Assembly (NCBI GenBank): GCA_023392975.1 | Contig: JAEWNA010000348.1 | Coordinates: 1-62,018, forward strand | DNA: 62,018 nucleotides | DNA from: Pseudomonadota bacterium | GTDB taxonomy: Bacteria > Pseudomonadota > Gammaproteobacteria > Xanthomonadales > Xanthomonadaceae | Direction of reading: 5' to 3' | Shown here: one piece after another, positions 55,201 to 62,018 of the stretch | Layout: every line of letters begins with the position of its first letter | Position numbering within the stretch: the first letter of the stretch is position 1 | Made by a program: the position numbers and the translations under genes | The notes under the pieces: generated by a model | Seen by the model: only the letters and a program-made list of their open reading frames with translations | Told to the model about the DNA's origin: nothing | Databases searched by the model: none

Positions 55201-55812
55201 GACCTCGAGATCCGCGGCGCGGGCGAACTGCTGGGCGAAGACCAGAGCGGCCAGATGGCCGAGATCGGCTTCTCGCTCTACACCGAGCTGCTGGAACGCG
55301 CCGTGCGCAGCATCCGCCAGGGCAAGCTGCCGGGCGTCGATGCGCTGGGGCTGGACCTGGACGAGCAGCGCGGTGCCGAAGTCGAACTCAACGCACCGGC
55401 GCTGATCCCCGAGGACTACCTGCCCGACGTGCACACGCGCCTCACGCTCTACAAGCGCGTGAGCAGCGCACGCGACGCCGACGACCTGCGCGAACTGCAG
55501 GTGGAGATGATCGACCGCTTCGGGCTGCTGCCGGAGCCGGCGAAGCAGCTGTTCGCCATCGCCGAACTCAAGCTCGAAGCGACGCCGCTGGGCATCCGCA
55601 AGCTCGACCTCGGTCCCGCGGGCGGCCGCATCCAGTTCGTCGAGAAACCGTCGGTCGACCCGATGTCGGTGATCCGCCTGATCCAGGGCCAGCCGAAGCA
55701 CTACCGCATGGACGGCCCGGACAAGCTGCGGATCACGCTCGACCTGCCCGAACCGGCCGATCGCGTGCGCACCGCGCGCGGACTGCTCGCGACGCTGGCG
55801 CCGTCCGCGTGA
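52252..55812 (+). CDS. mfd: Transcription-repair coupling factor
   Basis: PDWETLPYD, CGDVGFGKTE, DEEQRFGV, QLRGRVGR. The true start may be slightly downstream. Confidence 0.98.
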   Translation: MTRPPRGATLAGPLYPLPIVSSDAFPTSLLPRSGQSRAWWRAPASASALAWTIARVARTHAGPLLAVMRDNQSAHQLEQDLRTFVGGDDALPVLLFPDWETLPYDRFSPHPDIVSQRLAALHRMPTLHRGVIVVPVQTLMQRLAPLSHLVGGSFDVKVGQRLDMDAEKRRLEGAGYRNVPQVFDPGDFAVRGGLLDVYPMGADEPYRIELLDDEIESIRAFDPESQRSLEKYDSVQMLPGRELPLEGDALQRALDALRDRFDIDTRRSALFQDLKAGLAPAGIEYYLPLFFEKTATLFDYLGDTALPVLGEGVAEAADHFWRTTGERYEQRRHDIEHPLLPPDALYLPPETLRERLNQGHRVEVCGDTHPRRDEALPLGVQPAPELPLMVKDAAPAAALQSLLGSYPGRVLIASDSAGRREALLETLHSAGLQPRTIAGFPDFLAATNADAQLCIGVAPLDDGFGVDTDADPGAPWLIVTERQFFPERASQPRRRRRTGREPEAIIRDLGELSEGAPVVHEDHGVGRYRGLVTLEAGGQRGEYLEIEYAKGDRLYVPVTQLHLVSRYSGASPDTAPLHSLGGEAWSRAKRKAAEKVRDVAAELLEIQAKRHARAGLALDVDRGVYEPFAATFPFEETPDQLAAIEAVLRDLSSSRPMDRVVCGDVGFGKTEVAVRAAFAAAVAGKQVAVLVPTTLLAEQHYRNFRDRFADWPLKVEVLSRFKSTKEIKAELEKVADGRIDVIVGTHRLLQPDVKFKDLGLVIVDEEQRFGVRQKEALKALRADVHLLTLTATPIPRTLNMAMTGLRDLSIIATPPPNRLAVQTFVVPWDDAQLREAFQRELSRGGQAYFLHNDVESIGRMQRELEALVPEARIGIAHGQMPERELEKVMLDFHKQRFNVLLCSTIIESGIDIPNANTIIINRADKFGLAQLHQLRGRVGRSHHRAYAYLVIPDARSITADAKKRLEAIASMDELGAGFTLSTHDLEIRGAGELLGEDQSGQMAEIGFSLYTELLERAVRSIRQGKLPGVDALGLDLDEQRGAEVELNAPALIPEDYLPDVHTRLTLYKRVSSARDADDLRELQVEMIDRFGLLPEPAKQLFAIAELKLEATPLGIRKLDLGPAGGRIQFVEKPSVDPMSVIRLIQGQPKHYRMDGPDKLRITLDLPEPADRVRTARGLLATLAPSA

Positions 55813-56333
55813 AGCGCCTGCCCGCCCTCGCCTGCCTGTGCGCGGCGCTCGTCGCGGGTTGTACGCAGCCCGTGCGCGAGGCGCCCGCACCTGCCGGATC
55901 GCCGCTGGTCTTCGTGCTGGTCCGCCACGCGGAAAAGGCCGCGGACGATCCGAAGGATCCGTCGCTGAGCGAGGACGGACGGGCGCGTGCGCAGCGGCTC
56001 GCGCTGTCGTTGAAGGACGCACCGGTCGCCGCGGTCTACGCCACTGCCTATCGGCGCACGCGGCAGACGGCCCTCCCCACGGCCGCGGCGCACAGGCTCG
56101 ATGTCGTCACCTACGATGCGCGGCAGCCGGCCGACGCCTTCGCGGCCGAAGTACGCGCCGCCCAGCGCCACGGCACGATCCTGATCGTCGGCCACAGCAA
56201 CACGGTGCCCGCGATCGCGGCCGCGCTGTGCGGCTGCGCCGTGGCGCCGATGCGCGAAGAGGAGTACGACCGCAGGATCGAGATCGGGAGCGACGCGGAC
56301 GGTCGCGCCATGCTGCGCGAAATCCGCGACTGA
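55809..56333 (+). CDS. Histidine phosphatase family lipoprotein (SixA-like)
   Basis: Lipobox LVAGC, RHAEK, RTRQTA, VGHSNT. GTGA overlap with mfd. Confidence 0.85.
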   Translation: MKRLPALACLCAALVAGCTQPVREAPAPAGSPLVFVLVRHAEKAADDPKDPSLSEDGRARAQRLALSLKDAPVAAVYATAYRRTRQTALPTAAAHRLDVVTYDARQPADAFAAEVRAAQRHGTILIVGHSNTVPAIAAALCGCAVAPMREEEYDRRIEIGSDADGRAMLREIRD

Positions 56334-56364
56334 ATCTCGACCCGTTGGGTCGGGATGCCGTGGA

Positions 56365-57414
56365 TCAACCGGCGCCGGCGAGGCCCAGCGAACGGCTGGG
56401 ATCGAAGTCGATGCCGGTGATGTAGCGCTTGCCGGCATGCGCCTTGATGTGCACGACGATGTCGATCGTCAGCATCAGCAGGCGCTTGATCACCGAGAAC
56501 TCCAGGCCCGAGCCCTCGTTCGACGCCTTCACCATCAGCGCCAGCTGGTCCCAGGTCTGCGCGGTGCTGCCGGCGTGGCAACTGGTGATCGAACCGGGGT
56601 GGCCCGACGCGCAGTTTCGGATGAAGTAGAACGCTTCGTCGCCGCGCAACTCGGCCAGGATGATGCGGTCCGGTTTCATGCGAAGGCAGGCCTCCATGCA
56701 GCTCTTCGCGGTGACGTTGCTCGCGCTCTGGCCGCCCTTGGAGTACAGCAGGTGGACGATGTTCGGCTGGTCGATGAACAGCTCGCGGGCGTCCTCGATG
56801 GTGACCAGACGCTCTTCATGCGGAATGTGGCCCACGAGCGACTTCATGAACGTCGTCTTGCCGCTGCCGGTCGCGCCGGCGACGACGATGTTCTTCTTGT
56901 ACAGCACGGCCTTCTTGAAGAAGTCGGCGTAGTTGCGCTCCGAGCGCAGTTCCAGCAACTCCTTGTCGAGGTCGCTGACTTCCGCCGCGCCTTCGAGGAT
57001 CTGCTTGAAGAAGCCGCTCTCCTCGTAGTTCTGCAGGGTGAAGGTGCGCTTGGCGGGCAGACGGATCGTGATCGAGACCTTGCCCGAGTCGCAGGCGGGC
57101 GGGATCACGAACTGCGCGCGCTGACCGGTCGGGAAGGTCAGCGACACCACGGGGTCCACGTCGGTGATGCGCTGGCCGGTGTTGCTCTCGTTGACGACCG
57201 CGGTACAGAACTGGCGCGCGCGCTCGAAAGTCAGCGACGGCACTTCGATGTGCTGCCAGCCCCTCACCGTTTCCAGGTACAGCTCACCGGGCTTGTTGAT
57301 GCAGATTTCGGTGACTTCCGGGGACGACATGTACTCGAGGATGCCGAGCACGCTGTACTGGTACTCCAGGAAGTCGTTCGAAACGTTGGCGATCGGTGAA
57401 TTATCGATATCCAT
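56365..57414 (-). CDS. virB11: T4SS ATPase VirB11
   Basis: GATGSGKTT, TIED, LRMKPDRIILAELRG, HPGSITSCHA. Confidence 0.96.
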   Translation of the reverse strand: MDIDNSPIANVSNDFLEYQYSVLGILEYMSSPEVTEICINKPGELYLETVRGWQHIEVPSLTFERARQFCTAVVNESNTGQRITDVDPVVSLTFPTGQRAQFVIPPACDSGKVSITIRLPAKRTFTLQNYEESGFFKQILEGAAEVSDLDKELLELRSERNYADFFKKAVLYKKNIVVAGATGSGKTTFMKSLVGHIPHEERLVTIEDARELFIDQPNIVHLLYSKGGQSASNVTAKSCMEACLRMKPDRIILAELRGDEAFYFIRNCASGHPGSITSCHAGSTAQTWDQLALMVKASNEGSGLEFSVIKRLLMLTIDIVVHIKAHAGKRYITGIDFDPSRSLGLAGAG

Positions 57415-57540
57415 GGAAGCGCAGCTCGACTGTCGGAACGGTGTGGCGCCGGGACGACCGGCGTGCGAGACGGGACTAGCATAGACGCGCACGGCCGGCA
57501 TGGGTACCGCGGACGCGGAGCGAAGCCCGGACGAGGCCGG

Positions 57541-57590
57541 AAACGAAAACGCGGCGCCTGGACGTGCCCGAAGGCACGCCCGGCGCCGCG
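57541..57590 (-). terminator. Intrinsic terminator-like hairpin between virB10 and virB11
   Basis: Minus strand CGCGGCGCC..GTGCC-ttc-GGGCAC..GGCGCCGCG followed by TTTTCGTTT. Confidence 0.65.
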
Positions 57591-57601
57591 TCAGGCCGGC
57601 A

Positions 57602-58906
57602 TCAGCGGCGGATGACGCCCGAGAAATCGACGTCCTGGGCGACGTAGATGTTCAGCACGGTGCCCTGGTTGATGGTCACGGTGGCCGGACGCGCGAGCGA
57701 CTTGCTGAGCGCCTGGTTCGCGAGGCGCTCCATCGTCTTCGCCGTGTTGCTCTCGAACGGCTGGCTGACGATGTTGCCGCCCGTGGTCACCGAGTCGGTC
57801 TGCGGGCCGTTCTCGGCCGCGTAGTACTTGAAGGTGTCGCTGATGAGGCTGATCATCAGCGCCGAGCTCATCTTGCTGAACCAGTGCGCGTTGTAGTCGC
57901 CCGGATGGCCCGCGCCGCCCAGGTTGTCGACACCGGGGCCTTCCAGCGTGATGTCGAGGCCGTTCGGCGTGGTGATGCGATCCCACAGCACCGCGACGCG
58001 CGGGCCCTTCGGCTCGCCCTGGTAGCGACCGAGCGCCTTCGAACCCTTCGGCAGCAACAGCTTGTGGCCGTTGATCGAGTAGACCGGCTCGGTGACGATG
58101 CAGGAAGTGAAACCGTCGACGTCGGTGACGATGCGCGTTTCGAGGACGCAGCGGATGTAGGTGCCGCGCACCAGCAGCGTGTCGGGATTGCGCTGGTACT
58201 GGGCGATGCTGATCTTGTTGCCGCCATCGCGCGCCTGCCCCGCGTTGCCCGCGGCGGCAGCGGCCTGCTGCTGCGGGGTCATCCGCTCCATGTTGCTGAG
58301 ATACGACTGGAGCATGTTGTCGGTGCTCGACCCGGGCGCACCGGGGCGACCGGAGGCGTCGGTGATGCCCATGCGGCGTTCCGCCAGCGTCGGACCCTGC
58401 GGGCCGATCGGGCCGACGGGCATGTCGCGGGCGCCATCACGCTCGCGCGTGGCGCGATCGGCCGCGGCCCGGACCGGGTCTTCCGGCGGCAGCGGCGGCA
58501 GTTCCTGGACCGGCACCGGCTGCGGCTGCTGGACGTCGGCGAAGTCGGGACCGGTCGCGGTGCCCGCGCCCTTCGGCAGATCGGGAATGACGACCTTTTC
58601 CTCGCGCGGCTTCTTGACGTCGTCCTCTTTCTTCGAGGTCGCGTTCTTGAGCACGACGAGCGTCATCAGGATCAGCAGCGCGACGATGCCGCCCAGCATC
58701 ATCAACATCTTGCGATTGATGCGCTGCGATTCGACCGACTTCAGCTGGGGCGCCGAAGCGTCGAGGTCGGGCTGCTGCTGCGGCTGCTGGGCCGAGTAGT
58801 AGGGGTTGCTTCCCTGGGCATTGGGGTCGTAGCCCTGGCCCTGCGGGTCGCCAGAGGGGTAGTCGCCGGACTGTCCCGGCGGATTCGGCGGGAAATTCTG
58901 GTTCAC
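57602..58906 (-). CDS. virB10: T4SS core protein VirB10 (X-T4SS type)
   Basis: Pro/Gln-rich N-terminus with NPYY and PDLDA, one TM, RGTYIRCVLET, INQG. Confidence 0.94.
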   Translation of the reverse strand: MNQNFPPNPPGQSGDYPSGDPQGQGYDPNAQGSNPYYSAQQPQQQPDLDASAPQLKSVESQRINRKMLMMLGGIVALLILMTLVVLKNATSKKEDDVKKPREEKVVIPDLPKGAGTATGPDFADVQQPQPVPVQELPPLPPEDPVRAAADRATRERDGARDMPVGPIGPQGPTLAERRMGITDASGRPGAPGSSTDNMLQSYLSNMERMTPQQQAAAAAGNAGQARDGGNKISIAQYQRNPDTLLVRGTYIRCVLETRIVTDVDGFTSCIVTEPVYSINGHKLLLPKGSKALGRYQGEPKGPRVAVLWDRITTPNGLDITLEGPGVDNLGGAGHPGDYNAHWFSKMSSALMISLISDTFKYYAAENGPQTDSVTTGGNIVSQPFESNTAKTMERLANQALSKSLARPATVTINQGTVLNIYVAQDVDFSGVIRR

Positions 58907-59688
58907 TTTTGCTTGTTCCTACGCAGACCGACGACGTTCTTCCCGTGACGGATGACCAGGAAGGGATAAGTGCCATGGACCACGAGCGTGTTGTCCTCGA
59001 CCGTGGTGTTGACCAGGAAGTCCTCGCTGCCCTCGCGCTCGCGGCCGTAGACCGCCGGGAAGTCGCCCGTGGGGAAGCGATTGATGTTGTTGAACTTGAT
59101 GTAGGTGAACTGACCGTCGTCGTAGACGTTCACCGGAATCAGCCACTTGTTCTTCGTGCGGGTCGAGAACGAGTAGTCGAAATAGTAGCTGCGCGTCTTG
59201 TCCAGTTCGGTATCGATCTCGCTCTGGCGCGGCTTCGGTGCGCCCTTGGCCTCCGCGGCGGCGGCGGCCGAGAACACGGTGCTGTTGCCGTACAGGAACG
59301 TGATCTTGTAGTTGACGCCGGCCCGTTTCGCCTGCTCCAGCGCGGTCCAGTCGGTCGCCACCACCTTCAGCTCGAAGAGATAGGAGTGGGTGGCGGTGCG
59401 CACCATCATGTTGGTGTCGACGTCGACGTTCTTCGGCTTCAGGTAGAAGACGTTGTCGCGGCGGTTGAGCTCCCAGCCGGAATTGAAGCCGGTGCTGTAG
59501 TCGAGGATCTCCTCGCTCGGACTCAGCTCGATCTGGGTAGTGATGCCCAGACCCGTGCGGACTTCGTAGATGCGGTCCGGCTCGTATTCGTACTGGACGA
59601 TGGCTTGCGCGAACGCCGAGCGCGCCGGCGCGAACGACGCCAGCATGCACAGCAGGACCGCGTAGCAAGAGCGATGCAAGCGACTCAT
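58903..59688 (-). CDS. virB9: T4SS core protein VirB9
   Basis: Signal peptide, YLKPK, VYDDGQFTY, LVIRHG. Confidence 0.93.
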   Translation of the reverse strand: MSRLHRSCYAVLLCMLASFAPARSAFAQAIVQYEYEPDRIYEVRTGLGITTQIELSPSEEILDYSTGFNSGWELNRRDNVFYLKPKNVDVDTNMMVRTATHSYLFELKVVATDWTALEQAKRAGVNYKITFLYGNSTVFSAAAAAEAKGAPKPRQSEIDTELDKTRSYYFDYSFSTRTKNKWLIPVNVYDDGQFTYIKFNNINRFPTGDFPAVYGREREGSEDFLVNTTVEDNTLVVHGTYPFLVIRHGKNVVGLRRNKQK

Positions 59689-60758
59689 CTGTTGCCTACT
59701 CCATTGACTTGATTGGGGGCCTGCGCGGCCGGAACCTGTTGCGGGGCGGCCGGAGCGGCGCCTGCGGGGTACTGCGGCTGCGTCGCGGGCGCGGCGGCCG
59801 GATTGCCGAAGTCGGGAGCGGAGGGATAGACCTGCCCGCCCGCCGGCTGGCCCGGGACCTGCCCCTGCACCGGCTGGCCCGGCAGCGGCTGGCCCTGGAC
59901 CGGCTGGCCGGGGATGGGCTGGCCCTGCATCGGCTGACCCTGGTACGGCTGGCCCGGATAGCCCTGCTGGGCCGGATAGCCGGTGGGGATCTGCGGCTGC
60001 GCGGACACCGGGTTCTCGACCGGCGGCGACGCGGCGTAGTCGTTGTCGACGGTGTACTCGGTCACCTGGAAGCCGAGCGGATTGTTGTACCGCTGCTTCT
60101 CGTCCATCGACAGGTTCGGCTTGTAGGTGTACTCGAGCCGCGCGATCTTGCTGTCGATCGGCTTGGTGTCGCCGGTCTTCTTGTCGTACTCGACGCGCTG
60201 GAAACGCACGGTGGCGCTGTTGCGGGCGTTGTCGCCGGATCCCTTGCGCTCGAGCTGGATGCTGAGGATCTTCACCCGGACCGCGCGCTCCTTGCCGTAC
60301 TTCTTGAACGGGCTGTCGGGGTTGTTGCCGGCGTGGATGGCGGCGTAGCCGTTGCGCACGTTCGGCGCCGACATGACGTTGACCAGGTCCCAGTCGCGCA
60401 GGTTCATCATCGCGACGTCGAACGATTCGCGCGCGATGATGTACTGGGCGACGTTGCTGCGCGCCAGCGCTTCACTCGCGGTGATGCTGTTGGGACTGTT
60501 GAAGTCGCCGCGCAGGGTGGCCACCGTCGCCTGGCCGGTGAAGGCATCGGCCATGATCAGGTAGGGCACTTCCCGCTTCAGCGGAAGGATGTAGATGAAG
60601 CCGCCCACCATCGCGATGACGATGAACAGGCAGGTCCACGCGATCATCCACGCGCGCTTCTCGCTGCGCCGGGCGAGGTCGGCGATGCTGACCTCGAAAT
60701 TGACGCCTTTCGCGGCAGTGTTGTCGATCTGCGGCGATTCTTTCTTCTTGCCGAGCAT
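59685..60758 (-). CDS. virB8: T4SS VirB8 with A/Q/G/P-rich C-terminal extension
   Basis: PLK..PY, YIIARES, NPLGFQVTEY, followed by a low-complexity tail. Confidence 0.94.
   Translation of the reverse strand: MLGKKKESPQIDNTAAKGVNFEVSIADLARRSEKRAWMIAWTCLFIVIAMVGGFIYILPLKREVPYLIMADAFTGQATVATLRGDFNSPNSITASEALARSNVAQYIIARESFDVAMMNLRDWDLVNVMSAPNVRNGYAAIHAGNNPDSPFKKYGKERAVRVKILSIQLERKGSGDNARNSATVRFQRVEYDKKTGDTKPIDSKIARLEYTYKPNLSMDEKQRYNNPLGFQVTEYTVDNDYAASPPVENPVSAQPQIPTGYPAQQGYPGQPYQGQPMQGQPIPGQPVQGQPLPGQPVQGQVPGQPAGGQVYPSAPDFGNPAAAPATQPQYPAGAAPAAPQQVPAAQAPNQVNGVGNR
59832..59981 (-). repeat. Degenerate 15-bp tandem repeat encoding (Q-P-x-Q/P-G)n in the VirB8 tail
   Basis: GYPG QPYQG QPMQG QPIPG QPVQG QPLPG QPVQG QVPG QPAGG. 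Confidence 0.8.
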
Positions 60759-60831
60759 TCTGGAGCCTGTGATCCGTGAATGGGGTGGAGACCGAATCCG
60801 CTTGCGGCGCCCGCGCGGACGCCGGAGGGGA

Positions 60832-61254
60832 TCAGCGGCCGGCGCCGTCGCCGGAGGCGATGCGGACGACGATCTCGTTGCCGCTGACCGCGATCGAGAC
60901 CTGCTGCGCCGAGTAGGCCGCATTCAGCTGTGAAACGGCTTCCTGCAGGCTCGGGGTGCGGATGTCGGCGACGGCGGAGTACAGGGTGTAGTCCATCGGA
61001 TGCCGGTAGGTCAGGACCATGTGCGAATCGTCGGCCCAGCGCTCGAGCATGTTCTTGAGCGTGCGGTCCATCGGCGACGCGTAGTAGAGATAGGTGTCCT
61101 GGAGCGGGATCGCCTGGGTCTCTTCCGAGAAACGGTTGACGGTCTTCCAGCGGCCGCCGAAATCGGGAGCCGGACGCGTGGCGCAACTGGACAGGACCAC
61201 GGCGAAGGCCATGGCGAGCAGGAACTTGGTCAGGATCGAGATTCGAGATTTCAC
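60832..61254 (-). CDS. virB7: X-T4SS VirB7 lipoprotein with C-terminal N0 domain
   Basis: Lipobox LSSC, PAPDFGGRWKTVNRF, TLKNMLERWA, DYTLY; about 140 aa, the long Xanthomonas-type form. Confidence 0.9.
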   Translation of the reverse strand: MKSRISILTKFLLAMAFAVVLSSCATRPAPDFGGRWKTVNRFSEETQAIPLQDTYLYYASPMDRTLKNMLERWADDSHMVLTYRHPMDYTLYSAVADIRTPSLQEAVSQLNAAYSAQQVSIAVSGNEIVVRIASGDGAGR

Positions 61255-61763
61255 ACGCCACCCGGAGAAAGATCGGAGAAATTGAGTGAAACATACCTTG
61301 TAACGCAAACCGCCCCCGCGCGCCTCGCGCGCGAGGGAAACGCAGACATGGGACGAGACCGCGCACCGGTTCCGATGGACGGCGCCGGGAACGGTACTTC
61401 GACGGGCAAATGGCACCGCACACGGTGCGACCGGGCACGGGCAGGCGTATTCCCTGTTGTCACGACAGATCAGGCCCCCTCCTCGCCACGATCATCGCCG
61501 CCGGTCGTCCTCGAATCGCGAACTGCTTGCGGCGTCCTTCTGCTCATCCCAGTGTGCTCCCCGACACCCCGCGACCTGCGGACCGTTTCGATCCGCGGGG
61601 CGGCAGGCTGGAACGCATCCTTGGCTGCGTAGGGGGCAACATAGCCCGATCCGCCGCGATTGGTCAAGAAACTCCGGCACGACATCGGAAAGCGCAGGCA
61701 CACGGGCCGCACGACCGGGGTGGCGACTGTCATGCACGGGTCCCCGAGGGGCCCGCGCAGGCT

Positions 61764-62018
61764 TCAGTTCGCCGGTCGCAACCGGCCTTCGTGGAGCTCG
61801 AGCACCCGGTCGAGCCGGGCCGCCAGGCGACGATCGTGGGTGACCAGCACCAGGCTGGTGCCCTGCTCGCGGTTGAGCCCGAGCATCAGGTCGAACACGA
61901 TCGCGGCGGTCTTCTCGTCGAGGTTGCCGGTGGGCTCGTCACCGAGCACGCAGGCGGGACGATTGGCGAGGGCGCGGGCCACCGCCGCGCGCTGGCGCTC
62001 GCCGCCGGACAGCTCGCC
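61764..62018 (-). CDS. lolD: Lipoprotein-releasing ABC transporter ATPase (3' part only)
   Basis: [21 protein letters not shown]. Runs off the window edge. Confidence 0.85.
   Translation of the reverse strand, partial: GELSGGERQRAAVARALANRPACVLGDEPTGNLDEKTAAIVFDLMLGLNREQGTSLVLVTHDRRLAARLDRVLELHEGRLRPAN

Noticed and set aside
52279..56022. Very long antisense or alternate-frame ORFs (e.g. 1247 aa opposite mfd, 978 aa opposite lon, 964 aa opposite ppk1, 742 aa opposite the TBDR)
   Set aside because: Shadow ORFs expected from high-GC codon bias. They have no motifs and lie over well-supported genes.
56365..61254. virB genes as a conjugative element/ICE
   Set aside because: No relaxase, integrase or oriT-like context. 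VirB7-N0 and the VirB8 tail identify the chromosomal X-T4SS type.

Overview
GC-rich (about 70%) chromosomal window from a Xanthomonadaceae/Lysobacteraceae-type gammaproteobacterium (taxon inferred from gene order and the X-T4SS genes). Most of it is core genome: tsf, pyrH, rmlBACD, dnaQ-rnhA, gloB, fabI, ppiD, hupB-lon-clpX-clpP-tig, seven tRNAs, icd, grxC, bepA, phoBR-ppk1-ppx, creBCD, rlmJ, mfd and lolD. The main candidate for an undescribed system lies between tsf and pyrH. It is a co-oriented cassette of TonB-dependent receptor, stand-alone ThiF/E1-like adenylyltransferase, divergent ANL (AMP-forming) ligase, GPH-type MFS transporter and an AHL-type LuxR solo, with no luxI. Its promoter has a lux-box-like CT-N12-AG site at activator spacing. 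I interpret it as a possible non-AHL signal synthesis/uptake/sensing circuit; this is inference and untested. Other notable items are a six-unit 11-bp Pho-box array before a GT4 + PAP2 lipid-remodelling pair, a perfect cre-tag before creD plus a small unknown ORF, and a half bactericidal X-T4SS locus (virB7-11 only) with an internal terminator. All calls come from reading the sequence; no database searches were run.
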